A DNA stretch of 64,000 nucleotides from an uncultured Acidobacteriota bacterium (GCA_964436005.1 CAYTBK010000001.1:21526-85525), one strand, 5' to 3'. Positions 38,127 to 47,726 are shown, counted from the stretch's first letter. Program-made: numbers and translations. Notes: generated by a model from the sequence alone, not told the origin.

Positions 38127-40246
38127 CCGACGCAGCGCTCTTCATTCCCCTGGCGGAGTTCGCCTTCCGGAGTTTTCTCCTGTACGGCCTGGCCTGGGTC
38201 CTCTGGATCCGGATCCGCAAGACGGCGCCCCGGACGCGGACCATGTTCTGGACCGCCGCGGCCGTGGCGTCCCTGCTCCTCCCCGCCGCCGGACTGGCCG
38301 GGGGCGAAGGGAAGCTGGGCCTGCTGGTCACCCCCTCCTGGACGAAAGCCATCGGCGACACCCCCGCGGCGCCGGAAACGGTGCGGGCCATCCCCCACCG
38401 CAACGCGGAAGTCGCCCCCCCGGCCCGGCCCGCCATCTCGCCGGTCCAGCCGGAGGCGGTCGCCACGAAGACGCGGGGCCCCGTCCGGAAAGCCCACCGG
38501 GAAACGGCCCCGCGCCTCCTGTCGGCAGACGCGCGCAGCCTGGCGCCCCGCCCCGCCCCGGCGGTGTCTTCCGCCCCGGCCTCGTTGCCTCCGGCCCCGG
38601 CCGTCCAACCCGCGCCTGCGCCCGTGCCCGCACCCGTCCAGACCATGTCCGCCGAGTCCGTCGAATTCCTCTTGTGCTGTCTGCCCCTGATTTGGCTGGC
38701 CGGCGTCCTTTTTGCCCTGGGGCGCTGCGTGTACGCGCACATCCGCTTGAAATGCCTCATCCGCAAAACCATCGAGGCGGATGAGTTCCCCGCCGGTTCC
38801 CCCGTCGGCATCGTGCTGCGCCTGGCGGAGGCCGTCGGCGTGAAGATTCGGTTCGGCGAAAAGGTGCAGACGCCCCTGGCCGTCGGTTGGCGCCGCCCCC
38901 TGATCCTCCTCCCGACCGAGGCCCTCCTGTGGCCCCCCGAGGAGCTCCGCAGCGTCATTCTGCACGAGACGGCCCACATCCGGAACCTGGACATGCTAAC
39001 CCGACTGGCCGGAAAAGCCTCCTGCATTCTGGCCTGGTTCAACCCCCTGACCTGGAAGTCCCAGCAGGAAATGATCGCCGCCCAGGAAGAAGCTGCTGAT
39101 CACAGCGTCTTGCAGGGCGGGATCCGCCCCTCTGACTATGCACGCCAGCTCGTCTCCCTGGCCCGGGGCATGCGCACCGCCTGTTTCGCCGGCGCGGCGG
39201 CGCTCGGCATCGCCCCCCGCACACGTTTCGAGCGCCGTGTACGGCGATTGCTGCAACCCACCCATTCTCACAAGGAGCAAGTCATGAAGAGAAAATCCAT
39301 AGTCGTCATAGCGGCCGCCGTGGTCCTGGCCTTCGGCCTGGCCTGGCTCTCGCCCTTCTCGCCCCTGTCGGCCGCCTCCGCGCCCGCCAAGGCACTTTCG
39401 ACGGACACCGCATCCCTGCACCCGGAAACGCCCGGAAAACCGCCGGCCCCTCCCGCCCCGCCAACTCCCCCGGCCCCTCCGAGAGACGTCGACGATAACG
39501 ACGGCGAAGGGGACGTGAGCGAGATAGACGAACCCGACGAGCCCGAAGAACCCGAGGAAAACGATTCGGAAGAAGCTCGTCACCGGGAAGCCGAGGCCGA
39601 ACACCTGGAAGCCCAGGCCAAACAGTGGGAAGCCCAGGCCAGGAACTGGGACGCCAACGCCGAGCGCATCGCCGAATCCGTCTCCCGCTCCCTCGAGCAC
39701 CTGAAGGACCTCGGCCCCCGGATCCAGGAGCACGTCCGGCAGGCCTGCGCCCACATCCCCGACCAGGCCGCCCTGCGCGCCCAGATCGAGGAAAACATGA
39801 AGCATGTCCGGACGAAGCTCAACGACCCCGCCTTCCGGGAAAAGCTGAGACTCCAGATGGAGAAGGTGCGCCGGGAATTCCGGGACGTCTCCAAGGTGCG
39901 CGAGAAAATCCGCCAGGAGATGGAAGAGACCCTGGCCAAGCTGGAGAAGAAGGAAGCCGCCGCCTCGGCGTCGGCCAAGCCCGGGATCGCCATGGCCAAG
40001 AAGCAGGTGCGCGAAGTCATGGAGGGCCTCCTGGCCAACCCGGACTTCCCCCTGAGCGAGGTCCAGATCGACGCCCTGGAGAAATCCGTCACCGAAAGCA
40101 TCGAGTCCGCCCTGTCCGCGGCTTCCTGCTGGACGGCCCCCCCCGTGCCGCCGGCGCCCCCGGCCCTGCCGAAAACCGTGACGCCGAAGGCCAAGCCGGT
40201 TCCGCCGGCCCCTCCGGTTCCCCCGGTCCCACCGGCCAGGAATTGA
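38123..40246 (+). CDS. M56-family (BlaR1/MecR1-like) membrane zinc metalloprotease signal transducer with non-PBP C-terminal domain
   Basis: The start overlaps the repressor stop (ATGA). HETAH (HEXXH) follows TM3. After the last TM the C-terminal roughly 300 aa are Pro-rich, acidic and coiled-coil, with a PPAPP-repeat tail. No penicillin-binding motifs are present. Confidence 0.8.
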   Translation: MTDAALFIPLAEFAFRSFLLYGLAWVLWIRIRKTAPRTRTMFWTAAAVASLLLPAAGLAGGEGKLGLLVTPSWTKAIGDTPAAPETVRAIPHRNAEVAPPARPAISPVQPEAVATKTRGPVRKAHRETAPRLLSADARSLAPRPAPAVSSAPASLPPAPAVQPAPAPVPAPVQTMSAESVEFLLCCLPLIWLAGVLFALGRCVYAHIRLKCLIRKTIEADEFPAGSPVGIVLRLAEAVGVKIRFGEKVQTPLAVGWRRPLILLPTEALLWPPEELRSVILHETAHIRNLDMLTRLAGKASCILAWFNPLTWKSQQEMIAAQEEAADHSVLQGGIRPSDYARQLVSLARGMRTACFAGAAALGIAPRTRFERRVRRLLQPTHSHKEQVMKRKSIVVIAAAVVLAFGLAWLSPFSPLSAASAPAKALSTDTASLHPETPGKPPAPPAPPTPPAPPRDVDDNDGEGDVSEIDEPDEPEEPEENDSEEARHREAEAEHLEAQAKQWEAQARNWDANAERIAESVSRSLEHLKDLGPRIQEHVRQACAHIPDQAALRAQIEENMKHVRTKLNDPAFREKLRLQMEKVRREFRDVSKVREKIRQEMEETLAKLEKKEAAASASAKPGIAMAKKQVREVMEGLLANPDFPLSEVQIDALEKSVTESIESALSAASCWTAPPVPPAPPALPKTVTPKAKPVPPAPPVPPVPPARN

Positions 40247-40504
40247 TTCTGCCCCGGCGCCCCGGGCCCCGGCCCGGCGGCGCCGCCCCGAAGCCCGTCA
40301 CAAACCTTGCCTGAGCGGCGTGTTGGAATACCAACACGCCGTTTTTTCATCTTGGTGTTTTGGTGGTGAAAGGAACCCGGGCGACGGAGTCGTACTCCAG
40401 GGCGGCCTGGAGGACGGCGTCGCCGGAACTGAAGCATTCCGCTTGTGCGCTTTGTGCCTTCTGTGGTTGACTTTGACTTCCGGGCCCGCCGCGGCCCCGG
40501 AAAC

Positions 40505-40888
40505 TCACTGCTTTTCCATGACGAATTTCTGGCTGCTGGTGCCGAATTCGAAATTCATCCGGTTACCTTCGATCCGGAACCGGGCGTTGAATTTGAAATT
40601 CTCGCCCTTCTGCCAGTTCACCACGTCGCCGTCCACGGTGTAGGTGAACTCGTTCGACAGGCTCATCTTCGCGACCCGCAGTTTGCCGTCGGCCGTGAAC
40701 TCGTAAACGGTGTCCATGTTCGTGTCCGCTCCGGGGCCGCTGGCCTGGACGATCTTCCACTTGCCCACCAGCGGCGAGGCGGGGGCGGGACCGCCGCCGG
40801 CGGGGCCGGAGCCGGGTTCGCCCCTGCCGCAGGCGGGAAGGAGAACGAGAAGGGCGCACAGCGCAACGACCGCAGACAACCTGTTCAT
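40505..40888 (-). CDS. small secreted/lipoprotein-like protein
   Basis: 127 aa. The signal MNRLSAVVALCALLVLLPAC has a Cys at +1 after LPA. The SD is GGAGG. Confidence 0.65.
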   Translation of the reverse strand: MNRLSAVVALCALLVLLPACGRGEPGSGPAGGGPAPASPLVGKWKIVQASGPGADTNMDTVYEFTADGKLRVAKMSLSNEFTYTVDGDVVNWQKGENFKFNARFRIEGNRMNFEFGTSSQKFVMEKQ

Positions 40889-40899
40889 TGTTCCTCCAG

Positions 40900-41490
40900 T
40901 TACGGGAATTTCGGAATCCTGTTCCCATGGTAATGCGCCTCGACGGCGCGGGCGACGGTTTCCGGGTCCGGCAGCAGACCCCGCAGCCAGACGGGAACAA
41001 ACCGCCCGTCGTACTGCAGCAGCAAGGCATCAGGGCGGACGGAAAGGGCCCCGACCCGCCCCCACTCGTACCGCGTATCGTGCAGCCCGAATGGCTCCGC
41101 TTCGGACAGGACCAGGGCGTCGGCGTCGACCCGCAGCCCGACCCGCTCGCCGCACACGCACCCCACCAAAGCGGTCCAGAAAGAGGCGAAGAAAGGCAGC
41201 CAGACCGCCAGGCAGAGGGCGGTGGTCAACGCATCGAAGGGCGGCAGCGAGAGCAGGTCCAATGCATACGCTCCGAAAGCCAGCGAGACGAACCCGGAGA
41301 TCAGGCAGCGCGGAAAGGGCCTCTGGCGACGGAAAAACACGCCGGCCGGAACAGCGGCGACGGGCAGGACCGGGGCCTCGTCTTCCAGCGGCGCCGGGGC
41401 TTCGCTTTCCGGCGGTTCCAGTTGGCCGGCGGCCGGGGACAGGGCCGGGGCGACTTCATCCACATTGTGCGTATTCCATTCATCCTGCAT
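40900..41490 (-). CDS. hypothetical membrane protein (2 TM, C-terminal soluble domain)
   Basis: 196 aa with an acidic/Pro-rich N-terminus. It lies 11 nt upstream of the lipoprotein gene. Confidence 0.55.
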   Translation of the reverse strand: MQDEWNTHNVDEVAPALSPAAGQLEPPESEAPAPLEDEAPVLPVAAVPAGVFFRRQRPFPRCLISGFVSLAFGAYALDLLSLPPFDALTTALCLAVWLPFFASFWTALVGCVCGERVGLRVDADALVLSEAEPFGLHDTRYEWGRVGALSVRPDALLLQYDGRFVPVWLRGLLPDPETVARAVEAHYHGNRIPKFP

Positions 41491-41511
41491 ACTGTGGCCT
41501 CCTCGAGGAGG

Positions 41512-42585
41512 TTAACGCGGCTGGATGCTGCCGGTCAAGGGGATGCGGATTTCGCGTTGGCGCGGGCTGTCGGTGGCGATCACCAGTTCCCCGCTCCAGG
41601 GGCCCGGCGGGGCATCCTCCCCGACGCGCAAGGCGATTTCCAGCCCGGCCGCTTCCGGCGGGCCGCCGGCCGGCCTGGTCTCCTCCGGCTTCTCCCGTCT
41701 CGATACGCTCACCTGCAACCAGGGTGCCGTGGTTTTGGCAGAGGAAACCGAAACCGCCGGGTTGGCCACCAGGACGTAGACGCTGCGGGGAAAAGCCTGG
41801 CCCGGCGCCAGGGTGCCGAAGGACAGCGACGGGGGGTACGCGGCCACGTCCTCCAGCAGTTGGCCCTTGACGGGGATGGTCAGGGAGGGGAATTCCGGGC
41901 TGTCGAAAACGATCTTGATTGCGCCGCGGAGACCGCCGGCCGGCGCGCCCGCCAGGAGGCGCAGCTCGAGGGCAAGGGCGTCCGGCGACGTTTCCGGCAG
42001 CCGGTTCACCGCGAGGAAGGGGCTCCCCTCCACGCCGATGGAGGCCGCTTTCGGCAGCGGCCCGGCGTTGCACCGGACTTCCGCCTGCAGGGCCGGGTGG
42101 GCGAAGCGGCTCACCCGCCGGAAATCGATTTCCTTCGGCTCGCAAGCGTAGGGCGGGAGGACGGTCCCGTGCAGCTCCAGCAGGTACTCGGGCCGCCCCG
42201 GGTCGTCGCTCTGCACGTTGATGAGCTTGTTCACCGCCCCTTCGAACTCGGTGGAATCGAAAATGACGTTCACCACCGCCACGCCCCCCGGCTCGATGAC
42301 CTGCTTGGAAATGGGAGCGGCCGTGCACTCGCAGCCGGGCACCACGGCCAGGATCCGCAGGTCCGCCTCCCCCCGGTTTTCCAGGACGAAAGCGTGGCCG
42401 ATCTTGCGTCCGCGGATGACTTTGCCGAAGGCGTACTCCGGCGCCTCGCAGAAGATGGCGGGTTTGGCCGCCGGTTGCGGCGCAGCCGGGACGGCGGTTT
42501 TCTCCTGCCCGAAACAGGGGAGCGGAAGGAACATCAGGGCGGGCAGGACTCGGAACAACGATCGGAGGGAAGAAAGGGTTCTCAC
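41512..42585 (-). CDS. DUF1573 domain-containing secreted protein
   Basis: The GTG start gives the signal VRTLSSLRSLFRVLPALMFLPLPCFG. The DUF1573 core is FGKVIRGRKIGHAFVLENRGEADLRILAVVPGCECT. The 5' part of track ORF 41512..42777 is excluded. Confidence 0.7.
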   Translation of the reverse strand: MRTLSSLRSLFRVLPALMFLPLPCFGQEKTAVPAAPQPAAKPAIFCEAPEYAFGKVIRGRKIGHAFVLENRGEADLRILAVVPGCECTAAPISKQVIEPGGVAVVNVIFDSTEFEGAVNKLINVQSDDPGRPEYLLELHGTVLPPYACEPKEIDFRRVSRFAHPALQAEVRCNAGPLPKAASIGVEGSPFLAVNRLPETSPDALALELRLLAGAPAGGLRGAIKIVFDSPEFPSLTIPVKGQLLEDVAAYPPSLSFGTLAPGQAFPRSVYVLVANPAVSVSSAKTTAPWLQVSVSRREKPEETRPAGGPPEAAGLEIALRVGEDAPPGPWSGELVIATDSPRQREIRIPLTGSIQPR

Positions 42586-42815
42586 TTGTGTCTCCCAGGT
42601 CAGAGGAACTCCGCCGCCGGATGGACAGGGGAACCGCCAGTCCAGGGCTCTCGCCCTCGCGGTCCCGCCTTCCCGACAGACCTCCCGGCGGCGCTCGGCA
42701 CGGCTCCGCGGTTTCCGGCTGCTGGCGCCGCCATCATACCGGAAACGCTCCGGGAAAAAAAGAGAGCGGGGACACAAGCCCCGCTCTCGGTTCGTTCACG
42801 TGCCGACTCTTGCGC

Positions 42816-43889
42816 TTACGGCTGATTCTCGGCGAAGTACTCGTGGTTGTCGGCGTTGTCGATGGCCTGGCTGGGATTGCTCACGGCCAGGTTGTGGGCG
42901 CCGGAAGAACCGTAGACATAGTCGTCGGTGCCGCAGGTGACGTTGAAGTGGGTCATCTCATGCACCAGCGTGCCGGCCTTGCAGTCCGTACCCAGGGCGG
43001 GGGCGCTCCAGAACGCCTTGCAGACGTAGATCTTGTAGGGCTGCGTGGGGTACACGTAGGCGTAGTAGCTCTTCTTGCAGCTGCAGTCGTAGGTCACCGA
43101 CTTGTTGGTGAAAGCGTCGATGATGGAGTTGTAGTGGGTCACGACGGTGTTGAACCGGCTGGACTGGTAGGTGCCGAACCAGTAGGTGTACAGGGTGCTC
43201 CCGCTGGGGTTGGCCGCCAGGTGGTTCTTCGCCTTGGTGGCAATGGAGATCGCGTTGTTGTGCGCCGTGACCAGCGTGGACTGCTGGGCGGTGGTGCACT
43301 TGGTGTAGCCGCCGATCTTGAAGAGGGATTCGGCAGCCGGCGTCAGCTCGTCCGGCACGTTGGCGTCTTCCGGCAGGCCTTCGAACCAGAAGGTGGCCGC
43401 TTCGCCCTGGGGCATGGCCATACGGGTCACGCGTTCGGCATCGGCACCCTCGGCCCCCGCCATTTTCCCGAAGAGACCGGCCAGGCGGAAGCGGATGGAA
43501 TACTGCCCCTGCTTGGTCATGTCGTACACGTTGGAGGGGTCGAAGTCCACGGAGTAGACGCCGCCGGGAGCGATTTCCAGGTAGTCTTCCTCGGTGGGGG
43601 CGGCGCGCTTGACCAGCGGGCCGGTGTAGGTCACGGCCCCGCCGTTGCGCTGGACGGACAGGATGTTGGAATCGATGTCGTCAGAAGGCAGCTGCCACTT
43701 CAGGATATACAGGGTCTCGCTGCTGTTGTTCTGCAGCGTGAACCGCATGGTCAGCGGCTCATCGGGAGAATACCAGGGAAGTGCCTCGATTCTGCTGGAA
43801 AGGACAGGGCCGCGACCAGCCCCGAACGCCAGGCCAGCCATGGCCAGAACGAGAATCGACAACACGATGGCGGCAACCGAACGCTTCAT
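42816..43889 (-). CDS. M35-family (aspzincin, deuterolysin/peptidyl-Lys metalloendopeptidase-like) secreted zinc protease with N-terminal propeptide
   Basis: The signal peptide is MKRSVAAIVLSILVLAMAGLAFG. HEMTHF (HExxH) plus GTDDYVYG (GTxDxxYG) give the aspzincin signature, with Cys pairs. Confidence 0.75.
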   Translation of the reverse strand: MKRSVAAIVLSILVLAMAGLAFGAGRGPVLSSRIEALPWYSPDEPLTMRFTLQNNSSETLYILKWQLPSDDIDSNILSVQRNGGAVTYTGPLVKRAAPTEEDYLEIAPGGVYSVDFDPSNVYDMTKQGQYSIRFRLAGLFGKMAGAEGADAERVTRMAMPQGEAATFWFEGLPEDANVPDELTPAAESLFKIGGYTKCTTAQQSTLVTAHNNAISIATKAKNHLAANPSGSTLYTYWFGTYQSSRFNTVVTHYNSIIDAFTNKSVTYDCSCKKSYYAYVYPTQPYKIYVCKAFWSAPALGTDCKAGTLVHEMTHFNVTCGTDDYVYGSSGAHNLAVSNPSQAIDNADNHEYFAENQP

Positions 43890-44064
43890 GACGCATACCT
43901 CCTCGGACAGATTTTGTGGGTCAACTCTACGCCCCGCCTGACAAGGCTGTCAATGCCGAAAATGTATCATCCATAAAAAAAGCGCCGTCCTGTTCTGAAA
44001 CCAGGCGACCGGATGGATTGACCCTCCGCCCTCTCCCTGCTAAGATGAACGCCACACTGGAAGG

Positions 44065-45051
44065 ATGGTGCGGAGTTTGAGCGAGCCCTTCGAACTGGAA
44101 CCCAGGAGCGTCGAATTCCTTCTTGCCCGCCAGAAAGAGGGCGTCAAGCTGCTGGAATCCCTGCACAACGTGGACATCCACCTGCGCGGGAACGTGCTGA
44201 CCGTGCAGGGGGAAAGCGCCGACGTGTCGGCGGTCCGGCGCATCCTGGAGGACTTTTCCCGCCTCGCCGCCGAGGGCCACGACTTCGACCCCGACACCGT
44301 GCGCAACGCCTTCCGGGAAGTGACCGAGAACAGCAACCTCACCGTGCGCGACTTCCTGCTGCGGAAGACCTCGATCCGGGCCGGCCACCGGGTGATCGTG
44401 CCGAAAACGGGCAACCAGATCGCCTATGTCAGGGACATGCTGGCCCACGACCTGGTCTTCGCCATCGGGCCGGCCGGAACCGGCAAGACGTTCCTGGCCG
44501 TGGCCGCGGCGGTGTCGCACCTGCTGGAAAAGAAGGTCTACAAGATCATCCTGACCCGTCCCGCCGTGGAAGCCGGCGAGAAGCTGGGCTTCCTGCCGGG
44601 GGACATGCAGGAGAAGGTCAACCCCTACCTCCGCCCGCTCTACGACGCCCTCCACCACATGCTCGACTACGAGAAGGTGCAGCGGTTGCTGGAAAAGGAC
44701 GTCATCGAGATCGCCCCGCTGGCCTTCATGCGCGGCCGGACCCTGGGGGACGCCTTCATCATCCTGGACGAGGCCCAGAACACCACGCCCGAGCAGATGA
44801 AGATGTTCCTGACCCGCATCGGCCCCGGTTCCAAGGTGGTGGTGACGGGCGACATCACCCAGATCGACCTCCCCCTGGGCAAGAATTCCGGGCTGATCCA
44901 GGCGCGGGAGATCCTGCAGGAGACGGAAGGGATACGGTTCTGCTACTTCGACGACCGGGACGTGGTGCGCCACTCCCTGGTCCGCCTCATCGTCAACGCA
45001 TACAACCGATACGAAAGGTCGAGAGGGGGGGATGATGAATCTCGGGGCTGA
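44065..45051 (+). CDS. phoH: PhoH-like ATPase (PhoH/YbeZ family)
   Basis: A Walker A motif GPAGTGKT and the PhoH family core are present. Confidence 0.85.
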   Translation: MVRSLSEPFELEPRSVEFLLARQKEGVKLLESLHNVDIHLRGNVLTVQGESADVSAVRRILEDFSRLAAEGHDFDPDTVRNAFREVTENSNLTVRDFLLRKTSIRAGHRVIVPKTGNQIAYVRDMLAHDLVFAIGPAGTGKTFLAVAAAVSHLLEKKVYKIILTRPAVEAGEKLGFLPGDMQEKVNPYLRPLYDALHHMLDYEKVQRLLEKDVIEIAPLAFMRGRTLGDAFIILDEAQNTTPEQMKMFLTRIGPGSKVVVTGDITQIDLPLGKNSGLIQAREILQETEGIRFCYFDDRDVVRHSLVRLIVNAYNRYERSRGGDDESRG

Positions 45052-46141
45052 GGTCCGCAACATCGGGGTGTTTTTCGGCGGCAAGTCGGGGGAACACGAG
45101 GTGTCCGTCGTTTCGGGCGCCACCATCCTGGCCCACCTGGACCAGGCGAAGTACCGGGTGCACGCCATCGGCCTGCGCCCGGACGGTTCGCTGGCCTCGC
45201 CCGAAGAAGCCAGGGCCATGCTGCCGGAGCCTATTCCCGGCGTGCTGTTCCCGGCCGTCGACATCCGCCCCGCCCCGTCGGGGCGACTGCTGGAACTCAC
45301 CGGCACCCTGCCCGGCGGCGAAACCGTCCGCTTCGACGCCTTTTTCCCGGTCCTGCACGGCACTTTCGGCGAGGACGGGACCATGCAGGGCCTGCTGGAG
45401 ATGGCGGAGACCCCGTACGTCGGCTGCGGCGTGCTCGGCTCTTCCGCCGGCATGGACAAGGAGATCCTGAAGTCCCTGTTCCGCGACGCGGGGCTGGACG
45501 TCGTCCCCTGGAAGTGCGCTTTCCGGCCGGAGTACGAGCGGGACAAGCCCGCTTTCGAGCGGGCGGTGGAACAGGAGATCGGCTTTCCCTGCTTCGTCAA
45601 GCCCTGCCGGCTAGGCTCCAGCGTGGGCATCGCCAAGGCGCACGACCGCGCGGAACTGGGCGCCTGCCTGGAGGAAGCCTTCCGCTACGACTACAAGGTC
45701 CTGGCCGAAAAAGGCATCGACGCAAGGGAAATCGAGTGCTCCGTCATGGGCAACGCCGACGTGCAAGCGTCCCTGCCGGGGGAGATCGTCCCGTCCCGGG
45801 AGTTCTACGACTACGAAGCCAAGTACCTGGATTCCGACTCCCGCCTGCTGATGCCGGCCGACCTTTCGGCGGAGCAGACGGAGAGAATCCGCGCGCTGGC
45901 CGTCAAGGCCTTCCGGTCCGCCGGGGCGGAAGGCTACGCCCGGGTGGACTTCCTCCTGGACAAGCGCGACGGGACATTCTACGCCAACGAAATCAACACG
46001 ATCCCCGGCTTCACCGCCATCAGCATGTTCCCCAAGCTCTGGAACCTGACCGGCCTGTCGCTTCCGGCCCTGCTGGACGCGCTCATCGGGCTGGCGCTGG
46101 AACGCAACGCCTGGAAAAAGGGGCTGAAAACCACCCGATGA
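45032..46141 (+). CDS. ddl: D-alanine--D-alanine ligase
   Basis: The N-terminus IGVFFGGKSGEHEVS and an ATP-grasp fold are present. It overlaps the phoH end by 20 nt. Confidence 0.85.
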   Translation: MMNLGAEVRNIGVFFGGKSGEHEVSVVSGATILAHLDQAKYRVHAIGLRPDGSLASPEEARAMLPEPIPGVLFPAVDIRPAPSGRLLELTGTLPGGETVRFDAFFPVLHGTFGEDGTMQGLLEMAETPYVGCGVLGSSAGMDKEILKSLFRDAGLDVVPWKCAFRPEYERDKPAFERAVEQEIGFPCFVKPCRLGSSVGIAKAHDRAELGACLEEAFRYDYKVLAEKGIDAREIECSVMGNADVQASLPGEIVPSREFYDYEAKYLDSDSRLLMPADLSAEQTERIRALAVKAFRSAGAEGYARVDFLLDKRDGTFYANEINTIPGFTAISMFPKLWNLTGLSLPALLDALIGLALERNAWKKGLKTTR

Positions 46142-47640
46142 CCCAACCGCTCACGCCAGAAGACCGGGCCAGCCTGCCGCCCCCCCCCGCCGGCAACGCG
46201 TTCTGCGCCGGCTGCCGGGAGGATCTGCCCTCGCACGCCTCGCGCGTGTCCTGCCCCACTTGCGGTGCACCTTTCCACATCGCCTGCTGGCGCGCCGCCG
46301 CCCCAAAGGGGACGGAGCCGCCAGGGGAAGAGGCAGGGCCCGAAGAAGGCGCCGAAACCGGAGAAACCGTCGCCGGAACCGCCGTCCCCCCGCCCCTGCC
46401 CGGAACCGGTCCCGTTTCTCCGGCCGCCGCCCGGCCCGGGGAACCGAACGGGGAGAACGGACGGGCCGGCACCGCCTGGCCCTCGGGCCGGCTGGCGGCC
46501 ACCCGGAACGCCATCGCCACGGGCGGCTGGAAAGAGCTCTGGTACTTCATCAAGAAAAACGAAACGCTCCTCTGGTGGCTGCACAGCGGCTGGGCCCTCC
46601 TCTTCGGCATCGGTGTCATGTGGCTGGGGGCCAAGAATTTCGAATACCTGCGGATCGCCGGGTTGTACATCGTCTTCATCTGGTTCAGCAGCATCATCCT
46701 GCCCTTCGTGCTGAACCGGCTGAAGACCAGCGAGAAGTGGAAAGAACGCGTCCGGCTCGTCATCAACTACTTCAACCGCAACTTCACCCAACAGATCATC
46801 TTTTTCATCATCCCCATCTACTGGAAGAGCGCCACCGGCAACTCGCGGAACATGCTGTTCATCCTCCTGCTCGTCATCTCGGCCATCCTCTCCTCCCTGG
46901 ACATCGTGTACGACCGCTACCTCTCCGTCAAGTGGGCCTTCTTCAACACCTTCTTCGCTTTCAACATCTTCTCGGGCACCTACCTGCTCTTCACCCTCAT
47001 CTGGGGCCTGAGCAACACCATGGCGATCTACTTCAGCGCGGGGCTGGCCATTTTCGGCTTCGCCTCCCTGACCTACCGCATGTCCGGGTACTCCCGCCTG
47101 CTCAAGTGGGTGGTCATCGTCATCTCGTCCACCTGCCTCTTCCTCGCCGCCCACTTCGGGCGATTCATCATTCCCCCGGCCCCCCTGCACTTCGGCCGGG
47201 TGATCTTCGCCGAGGAGATTTTCGTGGAGAAGAACCTCGACGCCGTCGTGCGGTCGGCCCTCTCCGACCTCCCCCCCGCCAAGGAAGGCGGCGAACCCAC
47301 CAAGGTGTTCACCCTCATCCCCATCAAGGCCCCTTTGGGGCTGCGCGAAAATCTGGTCCAGTCCTACTATTTGAATGGGAAACAGATCCCGAACGTCGAT
47401 TTCGTGAAGCCGCCCAAAGACAGCGAAGCGGCGGTGAACATCCACCCCATCGGCATGGTCAACGGCGAAGTCCTTTGGAAAGTGCGCCCCCGCCCCGTGC
47501 TGGACAACCGGACAGAGCAGTACATGCTCATCAGTTTCGTCAGCCTGTACCACATCCCCCCCAAGTCCGTCCTCCAGGTGGACGTGGAAACCGAGTCGGG
47601 GCAGCTCATCGGGCGCGACGAACTGGTGGTCGAGGAGTGA
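46138..47640 (+). CDS. hypothetical polytopic membrane protein with N-terminal zinc-ribbon (CxxC...CxxC) and C-terminal soluble domain
   Basis: The start overlaps the ddl stop (ATGA). The N-terminus reads FCAGCREDL...CPTCGAPFHIAC. There is a Pro/Gly/Glu-rich linker, about 6-7 TM helices encoded in a markedly AT-richer stretch, and a ~170-aa C-terminal domain. The upstream part of track ORF 45514..47640 is rejected. Confidence 0.6.
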   Translation: MTQPLTPEDRASLPPPPAGNAFCAGCREDLPSHASRVSCPTCGAPFHIACWRAAAPKGTEPPGEEAGPEEGAETGETVAGTAVPPPLPGTGPVSPAAARPGEPNGENGRAGTAWPSGRLAATRNAIATGGWKELWYFIKKNETLLWWLHSGWALLFGIGVMWLGAKNFEYLRIAGLYIVFIWFSSIILPFVLNRLKTSEKWKERVRLVINYFNRNFTQQIIFFIIPIYWKSATGNSRNMLFILLLVISAILSSLDIVYDRYLSVKWAFFNTFFAFNIFSGTYLLFTLIWGLSNTMAIYFSAGLAIFGFASLTYRMSGYSRLLKWVVIVISSTCLFLAAHFGRFIIPPAPLHFGRVIFAEEIFVEKNLDAVVRSALSDLPPAKEGGEPTKVFTLIPIKAPLGLRENLVQSYYLNGKQIPNVDFVKPPKDSEAAVNIHPIGMVNGEVLWKVRPRPVLDNRTEQYMLISFVSLYHIPPKSVLQVDVETESGQLIGRDELVVEE

Positions 47641-47726
47641 CGCCGGCGTTGACAACCGGCCTCCTTTCTGGTAAAAGACTGCTCTTCCCGCCCGCCGGGA
47701 AACCACAAGAGACAAGGAGAGACGAC

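Noticed and set aside
40505-40888. Canonical lipoprotein call for the 127-aa protein
   Set aside because: The sequence upstream of the Cys is L-P-A-C, with Pro at -2. This is not a textbook lipobox, so I call it secreted or lipoprotein-like only.
45514-46137. N-terminal 208 codons of track ORF 45514..47640
   Set aside because: They overlap ddl in another frame. The real protein begins at the ATG at 46138, which overlaps the ddl stop.
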